From NCBI GenBank assembly GCA_965200315.1, contig OZ241362.1, positions 672,001 through 736,000 of the forward strand: DNA of 64,000 nucleotides, in the 5' to 3' direction. Origin of the DNA: Candidatus Latescibacterota bacterium (lineage in GTDB: Bacteria > Latescibacterota > UBA2968 > UBA8231). Numbering within the stretch: the stretch's first letter is position 1; the number at the start of each line of letters is the position of its first letter. This document shows positions 44,001 to 52,976 of the stretch, piece by piece. A model generated the notes under the pieces. That model did not search any database and was not told the DNA's origin. It saw only the letters and a program-made list of their open reading frames with translations. Position numbers and translations under genes: made by a program.

Positions 44001-44632
44001 AGGAAATCTCCTACTGGGATCACCGCGCTGAACAACTCAAGCTACAGGAGCAAGCCGGTGCCAGCGGGGCTCGGCTCAACTCGGACGAAGCGCGCAAACG
44101 GGCCGATGCGTTGCAGGCCCGGCTGAGCAAGAGGCTACAGGCATTGCAACTCGAAGCACAGCTTTCGCCGCTACCGCCCGTGGTGCTCGGCGGCTTGCTG
44201 GTCGTGCCGCAGGGAATGATGGACGCTATGGCAGGACGCCGATCGCCGCTGGATACGCAGGAAGTAGGGGCCCGGGCGCGGGCTATTGTCATGGAAGTAG
44301 AACGCGGCCTCGGCTATGAGCCGACCGATCGGGAGTTTGACAAACTCGGCTACGATATCGAGTCGCGGGTGCCCGGCACGGGGCGCCTGCGCTTCATCGA
44401 GGTCAAGGGCCGCGCAAGCGGGGCGGCGACCATTGCGGTGACCAAAAACGAAATTCTCTACAGCCTCAACAAGCCCGACGACTTCATCCTCGCCATAGTC
44501 GAGTTTCTGGATGGCGGCCGGCACCGCGTTAGCTATCTGCGCCACCCCTTCCAACGCGAACCCGACTTTGGCGTCACCAGCGTCCACTACGATTTCGCCA
44601 AGCTGCTAGCGCGGGCCGAGCCTCCAGCCTGA
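41099..44632 (+). CDS. SNF2-family helicase with C-terminal DUF3883 (NOV_C) nuclease
   Basis: DDPGAGKT, CDEAH, TATPH, ATDAAGEGINLQ, QRFGRIHRIGQ; C-terminal GYDIES...IEVKG. Confidence 0.92.
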   Translation: MTLEDLQPNAAVRGILTDGLAVVVSVQWFGSEALELTYKTPDGKVANELLYRSDEARLEVVQQGPPWSFDGDGALFRLVSEALRIRLAHLFDPVLAVHTSIVEPLPHQITAVYESMLPRQPLRFLLADDPGAGKTIMAGLLIKELIARGDLERCLIVCPGSLAEQWQDELYQRFELPFEIMTNDKLAAAPTGNWFLQANLVIARLDKLARDEQVQQQLQAPDAGWDLVVCDEAHKMSASFFGGEIRYTKRYRLGQLLSTLTRHLLLMTATPHNGKEEDFQLFMALLDSDRFEGRFRDGVHVADVSDLMRRMVKERLLKFDGKPLFPERIAYTVPYQLSEAEAQLYEAVTNYVREEFNRADALANAKRAGTVGFALTILQRRLASSPEAIYQSLRRRCERLERRLCELEKSRRNDAVASTAPALDAEDLEDLEDSPEHEVEAAETRILDQATAARSIAELKAEIDILKMLKERALDVRRRGGDAKWRELASLLSEVFTASAISGKIGEPTTPYGGGKLPRPVPSPTQKLVLFTEHRDTLHYLQDRITTLLGRAEAVVVLRGGLDRADRHQAQEAFRHDPAVQVLLATDAAGEGINLQRAHLMVNYDLPWNPNRLEQRFGRIHRIGQTEVCHLWNLVAEETREGDVYQRLLTKLEQARQALGGQVFDVLGKLEFAGRPLRDLLLEAIRYGEQPRVRAHLDTAVDQALDQSALQGLLEERQLVHDAMDANRLQEVRAEMERAAARRLQPHYIEAFFLEAFQRIGGAARQREPRRYEVTHVPAPIRTQSVPVLPRYERIAFDKSLVARPGQPTAAFVCPGHPLLDAVLDLTLEQHRELLQRGAVLVDERDLGPTPRVLFYLEHAIQDASRTRAGNRRMVSKQMLYVEIDAAGNARHLHYAPYLDYRPLGQDEPSVAAILERPECAWINREVEQKVQAHAVAHVVPEHLAQVREPKLALIAKTEAAVQDRLTKEISYWDHRAEQLKLQEQAGASGARLNSDEARKRADALQARLSKRLQALQLEAQLSPLPPVVLGGLLVVPQGMMDAMAGRRSPLDTQEVGARARAIVMEVERGLGYEPTDREFDKLGYDIESRVPGTGRLRFIEVKGRASGAATIAVTKNEILYSLNKPDDFILAIVEFLDGGRHRVSYLRHPFQREPDFGVTSVHYDFAKLLARAEPPA

Positions 44633-44749
44633 GCAGCTTGCGTCCTGTCGTCCTGTTTAGTTCGCTCCCTATCTCTTCTTTATGGATGGAGCCCAGACCC
44701 ACGGCACCCTCCCCTGGAAAAGCGATGTGCCGCGCCGCGCTGCCCTCTA

Positions 44750-45267
44750 CAAGTACGTCGGCCTCGTCGATCTGATCGGGGTGGATGCCGACGCTGAGGA
44801 CGTATTTGTCCGTATCGAGATCAACCATCTCGCGGCGCTTAAGCAGGCGCTTGGTGTGCGTCCCCGGCAAGACCCGCATACAGCCATTGGCCACTGTCGA
44901 GTCCGTGCCGGCCACCCACAACGTGGTGACTTCCATCGGCTCCAAGGGCCAGTACGAGCCGTCCTGATGCCACTGCACGGCTTGGCCGGTGCTGGGTTTT
45001 TTGGCGATATAGTGCGCCGCGAACATGGCCACATTGGCCCCGAGGAATTGCGCCGCAATATCGACCAGTCGGTCGTCGGTTACTAGGCGGTGCATGAGGA
45101 TCATGCACCATTAGTTCGTGGTGCAAGTGCTCGGGGCGCATTCCCGGATTCTTTTTGACCAACCAGTGGACGTGCTCCACGGTCTCGGCGGCCAGTTCCG
45201 CATCAATGGCCTTGCGGGCAATGCAAAAGCCCTGCTCGTCGTATGCTGGGCGCAGTGTCGTTTCCAT
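44750..45267 (-). pseudogene. PhyH family dioxygenase, frameshifted (~45096) and 3'-truncated
   Basis: AYDEQGF N-terminus in one frame and IAKKP..WHQDGSYW..NGCMRVLPGTH in another; distal His missing. Confidence 0.75.
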
Positions 45268-45283
45268 TTATTCTTTTGCCCTC

Positions 45284-45619
45284 CTATGATCGCCACGCTG
45301 GGTGGGTGACATGCAGCAAATAAGCCCGTTCCGGCACGGTGATGATCGTCTCCGTACCTTTCTCAATATAACCCAAGTCACCCGCCTCGTATTGCACCGG
45401 CTCCTGACCCGCGACTCGAATTTCCAAGCGCCCCTCCAACATGAAAAAGACCTCGTCGTAATCAAAAGTCCACACCAACCGGCTGGCCTCTAGATACTCG
45501 GTAAAACCGGCCGACAGTTTGTCGCCGGCACCAACAATGGGATCGGAAACCTGCACAGTGGCACCGGGCACGTCAAAAGCGGCTAAATTTCTCTGGGCCT
45601 TCTCGACTTTATGGATCAT
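45284..45619 (-). CDS. Cupin (EutQ-like)
   Basis: LSAGF, WTFDYDEVFFMLEG, GDLGYIEKG, VTHPAW. Confidence 0.8.
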   Translation of the reverse strand: MIHKVEKAQRNLAAFDVPGATVQVSDPIVGAGDKLSAGFTEYLEASRLVWTFDYDEVFFMLEGRLEIRVAGQEPVQYEAGDLGYIEKGTETIITVPERAYLLHVTHPAWRS

Positions 45620-45764
45620 GACGCACTCCTAATTAGGGTTCTTTTTATCGAGCTTGAATTTCGCCATATTTCCCTCGCTCATGGCGCGTCGCTCTTCGGG
45701 CTGATATGATAAAGCTAACGTACGAGAATCCCACAGTTGCACCAACAAGGGCACTCGCTCCCAA

Positions 45765-47093
45765 GTGCCTAGGCCACAGGAGCTAGCCCCTTTGTCCCAC
45801 CCATCCATTCCTCCGGCCATAGCCCAAATCTTGGGACTGCCCCCCCAAGACTTGACCCCTTTCTTTGCTGACCGCCCCTGTGCCCAATCGCTAGAACGCC
45901 TCGAAATCCTAGCCGCTTGGATGGCCAAGATAAATACCCAAAACCACGACGGCGTGACCTTGACTCCGGCCTTGGTGGAACACCTGTCCAGCGGCGATAT
46001 CCACGCCCGCATCGCCGATTTGGACCAGCGGCGCCGGGCGACCAGGCTGGGCCAATTTGACCCAGACGACCTTTTACAGCGGGAACTGGAGTACCGACGC
46101 TACGCCTCTGAGGCCCGGCACCAGCCGACTTGGCCTCAAGACGAAATAGGACAGCGTTGCGCCTTTGACTCTTTAGCGATCCTCCAGCCCCAGCAGGAGG
46201 AGGATTGCTGTCTGACCGACCAAGACTGCCTCGAAGTCCAGCGGGCGGCTTGGGAGGCGCACGGCCTGCTCAATTTCCTGCGCCATTTCCGCGTCCACAC
46301 CCAAAGGTCTATAGTCGTAGTTGGCAACGAGCGCTACGGCCGCCTCTTTGTCGTCGAGCCCCTAGAGCCGCATTTGGCCGGCAACTTTGCCGTGCGCTAC
46401 GAGCGCACTCCCTCGCACCTCTCCATGCGCCTGACCGTGCCCCACTATACCGAGCGCTTTCAGCGCAATGGCTTTGCTCCCGAGTTCATGCGCCATTTGA
46501 GCACCCACATGCCCCACGTAGTGCTGGTGGACGTGTGCAGTCCCCGGGACACAGAGCACTACACCAAAGTCCCCCGCGGCATCCGCGATTTGGTCAATTG
46601 GTTCATGGTCTTCAACCACCTCCGCGCCCAAGGCGACCGCAGCCAGTACCAAGATCAGAGCGGCCTACCTCATTACTTGCTGGACGAGTTGGAAAAGTGG
46701 TACGAGTTTGTCGTCGTGCGGCGGCGCATTGGCCCGTGGATAGAACCTGGTCCGACCTACGCCATCAGGCACTGGGCTCCTGAACTGAAAGCGGAAGTGC
46801 TCATGGGCGATCTGGCCGTCCCCCGGCGACCGGCCGCACTCGGCGACCAGCCCCAGGTCATTTTGGCCAATCCCGCTCTGTATCGCACCGAGGGCGCGGA
46901 CCTGCCCGAGTTCATGCGCCGCACCCAACCCTATTACTTCAACGACCCAGAGAAGCGCATCCGCGAAGAGATTGTCCCCGGCTTTGGTGCCCACGGCTTT
47001 GAGACCCGCGTCCGGGGCTGTACCACGGACCAGTACGTGGCCGCGGTGCAGCGCGCTATGGGTCAGGCCCTGCAAAGGTGCGAGTCTCGCTAG
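45765..47093 (+). CDS. Hypothetical protein
   Basis: 442-aa ORF with gene-like codon usage; no recognised family. Confidence 0.6.
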   Translation: MPRPQELAPLSHPSIPPAIAQILGLPPQDLTPFFADRPCAQSLERLEILAAWMAKINTQNHDGVTLTPALVEHLSSGDIHARIADLDQRRRATRLGQFDPDDLLQRELEYRRYASEARHQPTWPQDEIGQRCAFDSLAILQPQQEEDCCLTDQDCLEVQRAAWEAHGLLNFLRHFRVHTQRSIVVVGNERYGRLFVVEPLEPHLAGNFAVRYERTPSHLSMRLTVPHYTERFQRNGFAPEFMRHLSTHMPHVVLVDVCSPRDTEHYTKVPRGIRDLVNWFMVFNHLRAQGDRSQYQDQSGLPHYLLDELEKWYEFVVVRRRIGPWIEPGPTYAIRHWAPELKAEVLMGDLAVPRRPAALGDQPQVILANPALYRTEGADLPEFMRRTQPYYFNDPEKRIREEIVPGFGAHGFETRVRGCTTDQYVAAVQRAMGQALQRCESR

Positions 47094-47455
47094 GCATGCT
47101 CCGCTGCCGACTCACCATTACTTCGCCCCTGCCCAGCGATTGGGGCCGCATTCCCTTTTCGTCCGTCATCGACTTTGGCCGTCTCATTGCCCAGGCCGGA
47201 GTCCAAGGCGTACTCGACCCCAATTCCATTGTCGTAGTCAATCTCGCCAGCGGTACGAGTGTGTATCCCTTTTTCGCCCACGCGGCCCTAGAGATGGACC
47301 GCCATCCGCAATATCGGATCGAATTGGTGGCGTCCTGCTCGTTGCCCTGAGGGGCGGTTGCAGACTGGGGCCGTCTCCCAAGGCCGCGAGCGGATTGTCC
47401 GCTAGGGCATTTTTCAATACTTTGGCTGCTGACGCTGCTCCCAACACCGGAGAAT

Positions 47456-47611
47456 ATGTTCGCCCTGCTCGAGACGCTGTGCGCGGTGGGTTTCAATGGC
47501 GGCTTGCAGATGGATCACCTGCCGCACTACGACAATGACGACGCCCAGCGTGCGACCAGTGCCTTTGCCGTGGGCTACACAAAGGCACTGCTCCGCGCCC
47601 TCAATGGCTAG
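47456..47611 (+). pseudogene. C-terminal remnant of a UxuA-like dehydratase
   Basis: MFALLETLCAVGFNGGLQMDHLP...AFAVGYTKALL aligns by eye with the C-terminus of 55612..56559 (MFRAMQTYKEVGFNGPFMMDHTP...AYATGFIRAM). Confidence 0.65.
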
Positions 47612-47629
47612 CAATTTAGCCGGACAAAC

Positions 47630-48742
47630 ATGACCAACTACTGCCCCGCCCCCCACGACTGGCAGCTCCGCAATCCCACCCAAGCCGGCTTCGACGCCGA
47701 CAGACTGGCCGCGGCGTTGGCCTTTGCCCAGACCCAAGAAATCCAAGCCTCCACCAATTTGGCTGACATGCTGCCCAAGGGCGACCGCCACCCCAACGAC
47801 CGCCCCTTAGGCCCGCTCAAAAAACGCGGCTCCACAGCCGGCCTGATCGTGCGGCAAGGGTATCTGGTCGCCACCTTCGGCCCGGTGGCTAGCGTCGAAG
47901 TCACCTTCAGTTGCGCCAAGAGCTATATCTCGGCGTTGGCCGGGGTGGCCTTTGATCAAGGGCTAATCCGCGATCTCGACGAACCCGTCGGCCGCACGGT
48001 GGCGGACGGCGGCTTTGACGCGCCGCAAAACCAGTCCATCACTTGGCGTCATTTGCTGCAACAAACCAGCGAGTGGGAAGGCGAGCTCTTTGGCCTGCCC
48101 GACTGGATCGACCGCGGCCGCCAGCTAGGCCAAGGGGCGGCCGAAGCCACGGTGGGTGGCACGGCCGCTAGCGCCGACAATTACCGCTCTCTCGAACCGC
48201 CCGGCACTTTTTGGGAATACAATGACGTGCGCGTCAACCGCACGGCCCTCAGCCTATTGCGCCTTTTCCGCGGCCCCTTACCCCCAGTGCTCAAAGAACG
48301 CATCATGGACCCCATTGGGGCCTCTTCTACTTGGGAATGGCACGGGTACGCAACCTCCCATGTCGAAGAAAGCGGCCAAACAGTCCAATCCGTCTCCGGC
48401 GGCACGCACTGGGGCGGCGGCCTGTGGATCACCACCTACGACCACGCCCGCTTTGGCCTGCTCTTCCAGCGGCGCGGGCGCTGGAACGGCCGCCCGCTTC
48501 TCTCCGAACAGTGGATTGCTCACTCCCTCGCTCCTTGCCCCATCAAGCCCGAATACGGCTTCCTGTGGTGGCTCAACCACCAGCACGCCATGTCCGATTT
48601 GGCCTGCCGCGAAAGCTTTGCGGCGCGCGGGGCCGGCGGCAACATCGTCTTCGTCGAGCCGGAGCGCGAGCTAGTCATCGTCCTGCGCTGGTGCGGCAAC
48701 GCCAAAGCCGCGATCGACCGCATCCTCGCCAGCGAAGTTTAA
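47630..48742 (+). CDS. Class C beta-lactamase-like serine hydrolase
   Basis: FSCAKS (SxxK), ITWRHLL, WEYND (YxN), YGFLWW, ARGAGG. Confidence 0.85.
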   Translation: MTNYCPAPHDWQLRNPTQAGFDADRLAAALAFAQTQEIQASTNLADMLPKGDRHPNDRPLGPLKKRGSTAGLIVRQGYLVATFGPVASVEVTFSCAKSYISALAGVAFDQGLIRDLDEPVGRTVADGGFDAPQNQSITWRHLLQQTSEWEGELFGLPDWIDRGRQLGQGAAEATVGGTAASADNYRSLEPPGTFWEYNDVRVNRTALSLLRLFRGPLPPVLKERIMDPIGASSTWEWHGYATSHVEESGQTVQSVSGGTHWGGGLWITTYDHARFGLLFQRRGRWNGRPLLSEQWIAHSLAPCPIKPEYGFLWWLNHQHAMSDLACRESFAARGAGGNIVFVEPERELVIVLRWCGNAKAAIDRILASEV

Positions 48743-50475
48743 ACCAGCGCGTCGGCTAGCTCCTGAGCTTGGACCATGCGGGCGTAGAGCCCTTCTTGGG
48801 CCAGCAAGTTTTGGTGGGTGCCGCGCTCGGCAATGCGGCCTTGGTCCAGCACTACGATCAAATCGGCCCGGCGCACAGTGGACAGACGGTGGGCAATGAC
48901 CAAGGTCGTGCGATTGTATATGAGCCGCTGGATGGCTTCTTGGATGAGGACCTCAGTGGCTGTGTCCACCGAGGAAGTGGCTTCGTCGAGGAGTAGCACC
49001 GGGGCGTTTTTGAGCAAGGCGCGGGCAATGGACAGACGCTGCTTTTGCCCCCCTGACAGGCGTACGCCGCGCTCGCCGATCAAGGTGTTGTAGCCTGCGG
49101 GCAGATCGCGGATGAATTCTTCGGCGTTGGCCGCTCGGGCCGCTTCCTCCATGTCGGTTTGGCTGGCTTCGGGGCGGCCAAAGAGGATGTTGTCGCGCAC
49201 AGTGCCGTGGAAGAGAAAGACGTCTTGGGGGACGGAGGCGATGTGGCCGCGCAGATAGTCTAAGGGCAGGCTCCGCACATCGCGCCCGCCCAGTTGGACT
49301 CGGCCCTTTTGCGGGTCGTAGTAGCGCGGCACCAAGGCGGCAATGGTACTCTTGCCGGCACCTGTGGGGCCGACCAACGCCACCACCTGTCCGGCTTCTA
49401 CTTGGAAATCAATATCGCGCAGCACGGGCTGATCTGGCTCGTAGCCAAAAGTGAGACGATCAAAGCGCACGGACCAGTCTAGCTGAGCTGGCGCCACCGC
49501 GTTGGGCGCGTCGACGATAGTGGGTTTTTGCGCCAGCAGGGCGAAAATTCGCTCGGTACTGGAAGCGGCCTTCTGTAGCACGTCGTTGATGGAGGCCAAG
49601 CGCAGGAAAGGCTCGTAGATATGCGCCATGTAAGCGACGAAAACAAATAGATCCGCCACGGAAATGCCGCCTTGCAGTGCATCAGTACCCCCCGCCCAGA
49701 TCACCAGCACCACCCCTACTCCACCGGCTCCTTCGATTAGGCCGGAAGGAATAATGGATATCTTGTTAGCGGCGATCATGCGGTCGCGGAAGGTCTGGCT
49801 GCGGGCCTCAATGCTGCGGGCGCAGCGCTCTTCCTGAACGAATGATTTGATGACCGAGACGCCGGAAAGGTAGTCCTGCACTTGGGCCACCAACTCGCCC
49901 AAGCCGCCCCGCACTCCAGCCCACATACCCCGCACCCGCGAGACGTAGCGAAAGACGAGAAAAGCGGTCAGCGGGATGGGCAGCAGCGCGACGAGGGCGA
50001 GGCGGGCGTCGAGGATGAACAGCACAGTCAGCATGGCACCGGGAATGACTATGGCGATGAATGTCTCGGGAATGCCGTGGGCGATAAAGTCCTCCACGGT
50101 CTCCACGTCGTTGATGGAACGAGCCATGAGGTCGCCGGTGCGGCGCTGGTGGAAAAAGCGGTGCGGCATCCGCTGCAAATGGCGGTACACCCGAATCATG
50201 AGTCGGTGCATGACTTGATAGGCAGCTACATGCGAGTACAGGCCGTACCCATAGCGCACTAAGCCCCGGATCAGGTACGAGCCTAGCAACAAAAGAGATA
50301 GCTTCAGCAGACCGACTGAGGTGCCACCTCCTTCGGTGAGCCATTGAATGAGGCGGCGGATGACTAAGGGCGGCAACAAGTTAGCGGCGACAAAGAGTAA
50401 TCCGCAACCAATGGTCAGGGCCAAGAGGGTACGTTGAGGACGGACGAGGCGATAGAACTGGCGGATGAAATTCAC
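48739..50475 (-). CDS. ABC exporter, fused permease/ATP-binding
   Basis: Transmembrane segments, GPTGAGKS, LSGGQKQR, LLDEATS, IAHRLS. Confidence 0.93.
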   Translation of the reverse strand: MNFIRQFYRLVRPQRTLLALTIGCGLLFVAANLLPPLVIRRLIQWLTEGGGTSVGLLKLSLLLLGSYLIRGLVRYGYGLYSHVAAYQVMHRLMIRVYRHLQRMPHRFFHQRRTGDLMARSINDVETVEDFIAHGIPETFIAIVIPGAMLTVLFILDARLALVALLPIPLTAFLVFRYVSRVRGMWAGVRGGLGELVAQVQDYLSGVSVIKSFVQEERCARSIEARSQTFRDRMIAANKISIIPSGLIEGAGGVGVVLVIWAGGTDALQGGISVADLFVFVAYMAHIYEPFLRLASINDVLQKAASSTERIFALLAQKPTIVDAPNAVAPAQLDWSVRFDRLTFGYEPDQPVLRDIDFQVEAGQVVALVGPTGAGKSTIAALVPRYYDPQKGRVQLGGRDVRSLPLDYLRGHIASVPQDVFLFHGTVRDNILFGRPEASQTDMEEAARAANAEEFIRDLPAGYNTLIGERGVRLSGGQKQRLSIARALLKNAPVLLLDEATSSVDTATEVLIQEAIQRLIYNRTTLVIAHRLSTVRRADLIVVLDQGRIAERGTHQNLLAQEGLYARMVQAQELADALV

Positions 50476-50651
50476 GGGAAGGCGTCAATAAAAAAGAGCA
50501 CCACCGAGTCGCAAGGGCCTTGCACCGCCGTCAGCAGCGCCGGGTCGAAGCTGGGCGATCCTTGGCCCGTCAAGACCCATTTGATGGTGGCCGGCAGGTC
50601 GGCAAAACAGTGGCCGTTATAGCGGGGGCGGATGAAGCGGTCGTCGAGCAC
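50472..50651 (-). pseudogene. N-terminal remnant of an alkaline phosphatase/nucleotide pyrophosphatase family protein
   Basis: Manual translation MLDDRFIRPRYNGHCFADLPATIKWVL...DSVVLFFIDAFP*, stopping just after the metal-binding IDA motif. Confidence 0.5.
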
Positions 50652-50665
50652 GATACGCCGAGACT

Positions 50666-51532
50666 CTACAAAAAGCGCGTAATCCCAAAGCCCAAGCGCC
50701 AGTTGTCAGGAGCCGCGTCGTCGGGTGCTCCCACCAAGTACTGGGCTGGACTAAGGCGTGTATTGTTGGTGGCGAAGAGGTAGAAGGTGTGCCCTCCCGT
50801 ATCTATGGACAGGCCCCAAGCCAGCGAATTGTGTGAGCGGCCCGTTTCGCCCGGCAATAAAATGCCCTGGTATCCGGTCAGGGCCGGACTGTACTCCAAC
50901 CACACGCCCCACGTATCGTCAAAGTAATACTGGACGTACGTTCCCAGCGTAAAGGTGTATTGCGTCTCGACGCTAAAAATGGCACTGTTGTACAGATAGG
51001 AAGGCACCAACCCGATGCCCAACCTGCCGTCCATCAGTGCATTGAAAATCAATTGTCCGTAGTATTGAAAATTCTCAGCCGCAGCCGCCTTGCGCTCGAC
51101 AATAGCCGGCATTTCCGTATTCCAAGCCACGCCAGCGTTTAGGGCCAAAACCGCCGGCAAGTGCTCGTGGGAAAATTGCAGCCAATGGTACTGCAACTGC
51201 AAGTCCAAATTGTCCAGCATATTACTCCGCCCCAAGGTCGCCATCAGCCGGTCGCTGAGGCCGTAACTGAGCGAGGTGCGGATATTGGCTGGCCCATCGA
51301 AACCGAAATTGGCCTTGTACCCCTCGTCAATAGGCGGGAGGAAGCGGTGCGCAATCTCGTAGTGGAAATCGCCTTGGGCCAGCGTTTCGGCGGTGGGATA
51401 ATTGGCCGTCCTGATCGCACTGAATAGCTCCAAGCGGGTTTTGATCGGCACGGTCGCCTGCCACGACGGCTGGGCACCAGCCAACGCCGGCAACAGCACT
51501 CCCAAGCACAAGACGCGAATGTTCACGGTCAA
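50666..51532 (-). CDS. DUF5777-like outer-membrane beta-barrel protein
   Basis: Signal peptide, IAHRF, FGFDG.ANIR, IDTGGHTFYLFATN, terminal GFGITRFL. Confidence 0.75.
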   Translation of the reverse strand: MTVNIRVLCLGVLLPALAGAQPSWQATVPIKTRLELFSAIRTANYPTAETLAQGDFHYEIAHRFLPPIDEGYKANFGFDGPANIRTSLSYGLSDRLMATLGRSNMLDNLDLQLQYHWLQFSHEHLPAVLALNAGVAWNTEMPAIVERKAAAAENFQYYGQLIFNALMDGRLGIGLVPSYLYNSAIFSVETQYTFTLGTYVQYYFDDTWGVWLEYSPALTGYQGILLPGETGRSHNSLAWGLSIDTGGHTFYLFATNNTRLSPAQYLVGAPDDAAPDNWRLGFGITRFL

Positions 51533-51543
51533 TTTCTCCTGCC

Positions 51544-52116
51544 CTATTGTACGTGTTTTAAGTAGAACGAGACCTCAATGGCAATTTCCTCGCTTACCTT
51601 GACAAAGGCCGCCAAGGAGGGTGCCTCAATGTTGTAGTCGGCCAGTTTAATAGTGAAAGCGGCCTCGACCTTGGAGCGCCCCTCTTCCACCACTACTGTA
51701 CCGGGCACTTCTAAGGCGCGATCCACCCCGTGTAGCGACAAAATTCCCTTGGTCTTGACTCGATAGGCGACCACGGTAGAATCGACAGCGGTGTGTTCGG
51801 CGATCTCCCCTTTGTACACGGCCTTGGGCCACTGGTCCGTATCTAGCACTTGGCGCATGTCGCGGTCTCGCTTGCCAATGCCCGTATCAAAACTGGCTAG
51901 GTCCACTTCAAAATGCAGTTGGTCCTTGGCCGCAAAAAGCGGCTCGCCTTCCCAATAGATGAAGCCGTCGATTTTGTCGGTCGTGCCGGTAAAAGTGAGG
52001 GCCACCACTTTGGAAGTGAACGCGACTTGGTTGCCCTCGGCCTTTTTATCGACGTGCCATTCGCCGCCGTGGACGGCCAGCGGCGAGCAGCTCAGCAAGC
52101 AAATGAACCAGCGCAT
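51544..52116 (-). CDS. YceI family polyisoprenoid-binding protein
   Basis: Signal peptide, FDTGIGKRDRDM, GILSLHGV, LADYNI. Confidence 0.85.
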   Translation of the reverse strand: MRWFICLLSCSPLAVHGGEWHVDKKAEGNQVAFTSKVVALTFTGTTDKIDGFIYWEGEPLFAAKDQLHFEVDLASFDTGIGKRDRDMRQVLDTDQWPKAVYKGEIAEHTAVDSTVVAYRVKTKGILSLHGVDRALEVPGTVVVEEGRSKVEAAFTIKLADYNIEAPSLAAFVKVSEEIAIEVSFYLKHVQ

Positions 52117-52144
52117 AAGACGGAACTTACCGTTTAGAGTCAAA

Positions 52145-52555
52145 TTAGTCGTTGGGATCCCCATTTTCTATCCAAGCGCGCACCGTTTCGAGCTCGGCCG
52201 GGGTCAGGTACGGCCCGCTGGGAGGCATGCGGGCTCCGTCGATATCGGCGTCTGCCAAGAGCTTGAGATACAGGTAGCTGTTGTCGGGATCGCCCGGCTC
52301 GACCAAGGCTATGCCACGGCTGCTCTCCACATGGACGATGTTGTCGTATGCTCGCCCCGCGGACAGGTTGGGCCAAGCGGTGCCGCTGTGGCAGCCGCTC
52401 AAGGCGCAGGAAACGTCGAATATGGTCTCTTGCACCTGCTCAAACGTCGCCGGCCCTTCGGCGGCAGCGTCGAATACCATATCCGTGCTCGTGGTTAGCT
52501 CGGAACAAGACGTCCCTGTAAAAACCAGCGCGACGAGCGCGATGAGGGCTTTCAT
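52145..52555 (-). CDS. Lipoprotein with cytochrome c-like domain (CX4CH)
   Basis: Lipobox GTSC, IFDVSCALSGCH, VEPGDPDNSYL, RMPP, WIENG. Confidence 0.7.
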   Translation of the reverse strand: MKALIALVALVFTGTSCSELTTSTDMVFDAAAEGPATFEQVQETIFDVSCALSGCHSGTAWPNLSAGRAYDNIVHVESSRGIALVEPGDPDNSYLYLKLLADADIDGARMPPSGPYLTPAELETVRAWIENGDPND

Positions 52556-52726
52556 GGCCTGTTCTCCTTGGGGTGTACTACCTTCGCAACCTAAGCATGA
52601 CGGTCTGGGCCTGCAACACTCGGGAGAATGGGCTTTTGAATTTAGAACGCACTCCCACGCAACGCTTGGCCATCGACGGCATCCCCTTCCTTCTATGGTC
52701 AGTCCGCCGAGGAAATGTCGTCCAGG

Positions 52727-52822
52727 TCATCCAGGCTTGAGCACTTTGGTGGAGATCTGGTACTTCGCTTGCTCAATGATCTACAGGTAGATGGGAACCC
52801 CGCTGGATGGATCTATGCGCAA
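52727..52822 (-). pseudogene. GntR (YtrA-type) regulator N-terminal remnant
   Basis: MRIDPSSGVPIYL*IIEQAKYQISTKVLKPG with GAAGGAG RBS; in-frame TAG where Gln is expected. Confidence 0.6.
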
Positions 52823-52859
52823 TGGCGACTCTCCTTCAAATACTTTTTACTTAGCAGGC

Positions 52860-52894
52860 AAAAAAATGGGCCAGCGTCTTAATGCTGACCCATT
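52860..52894 (-). terminator. Rho-independent terminator downstream of the TlpA gene
   Basis: AATGGGCCAGCG...TGCTGACCCATT stem preceded by an A-run (U-tract on the minus strand). Confidence 0.55.
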
Positions 52895-52976
52895 AATTGC
52901 AAAAAATACATGGAACCAAGAGCCTAGGCTGGGAGAGGCGCTTGCCGGGGCTCACAAGGGACGTCTGCTCAGCTTC

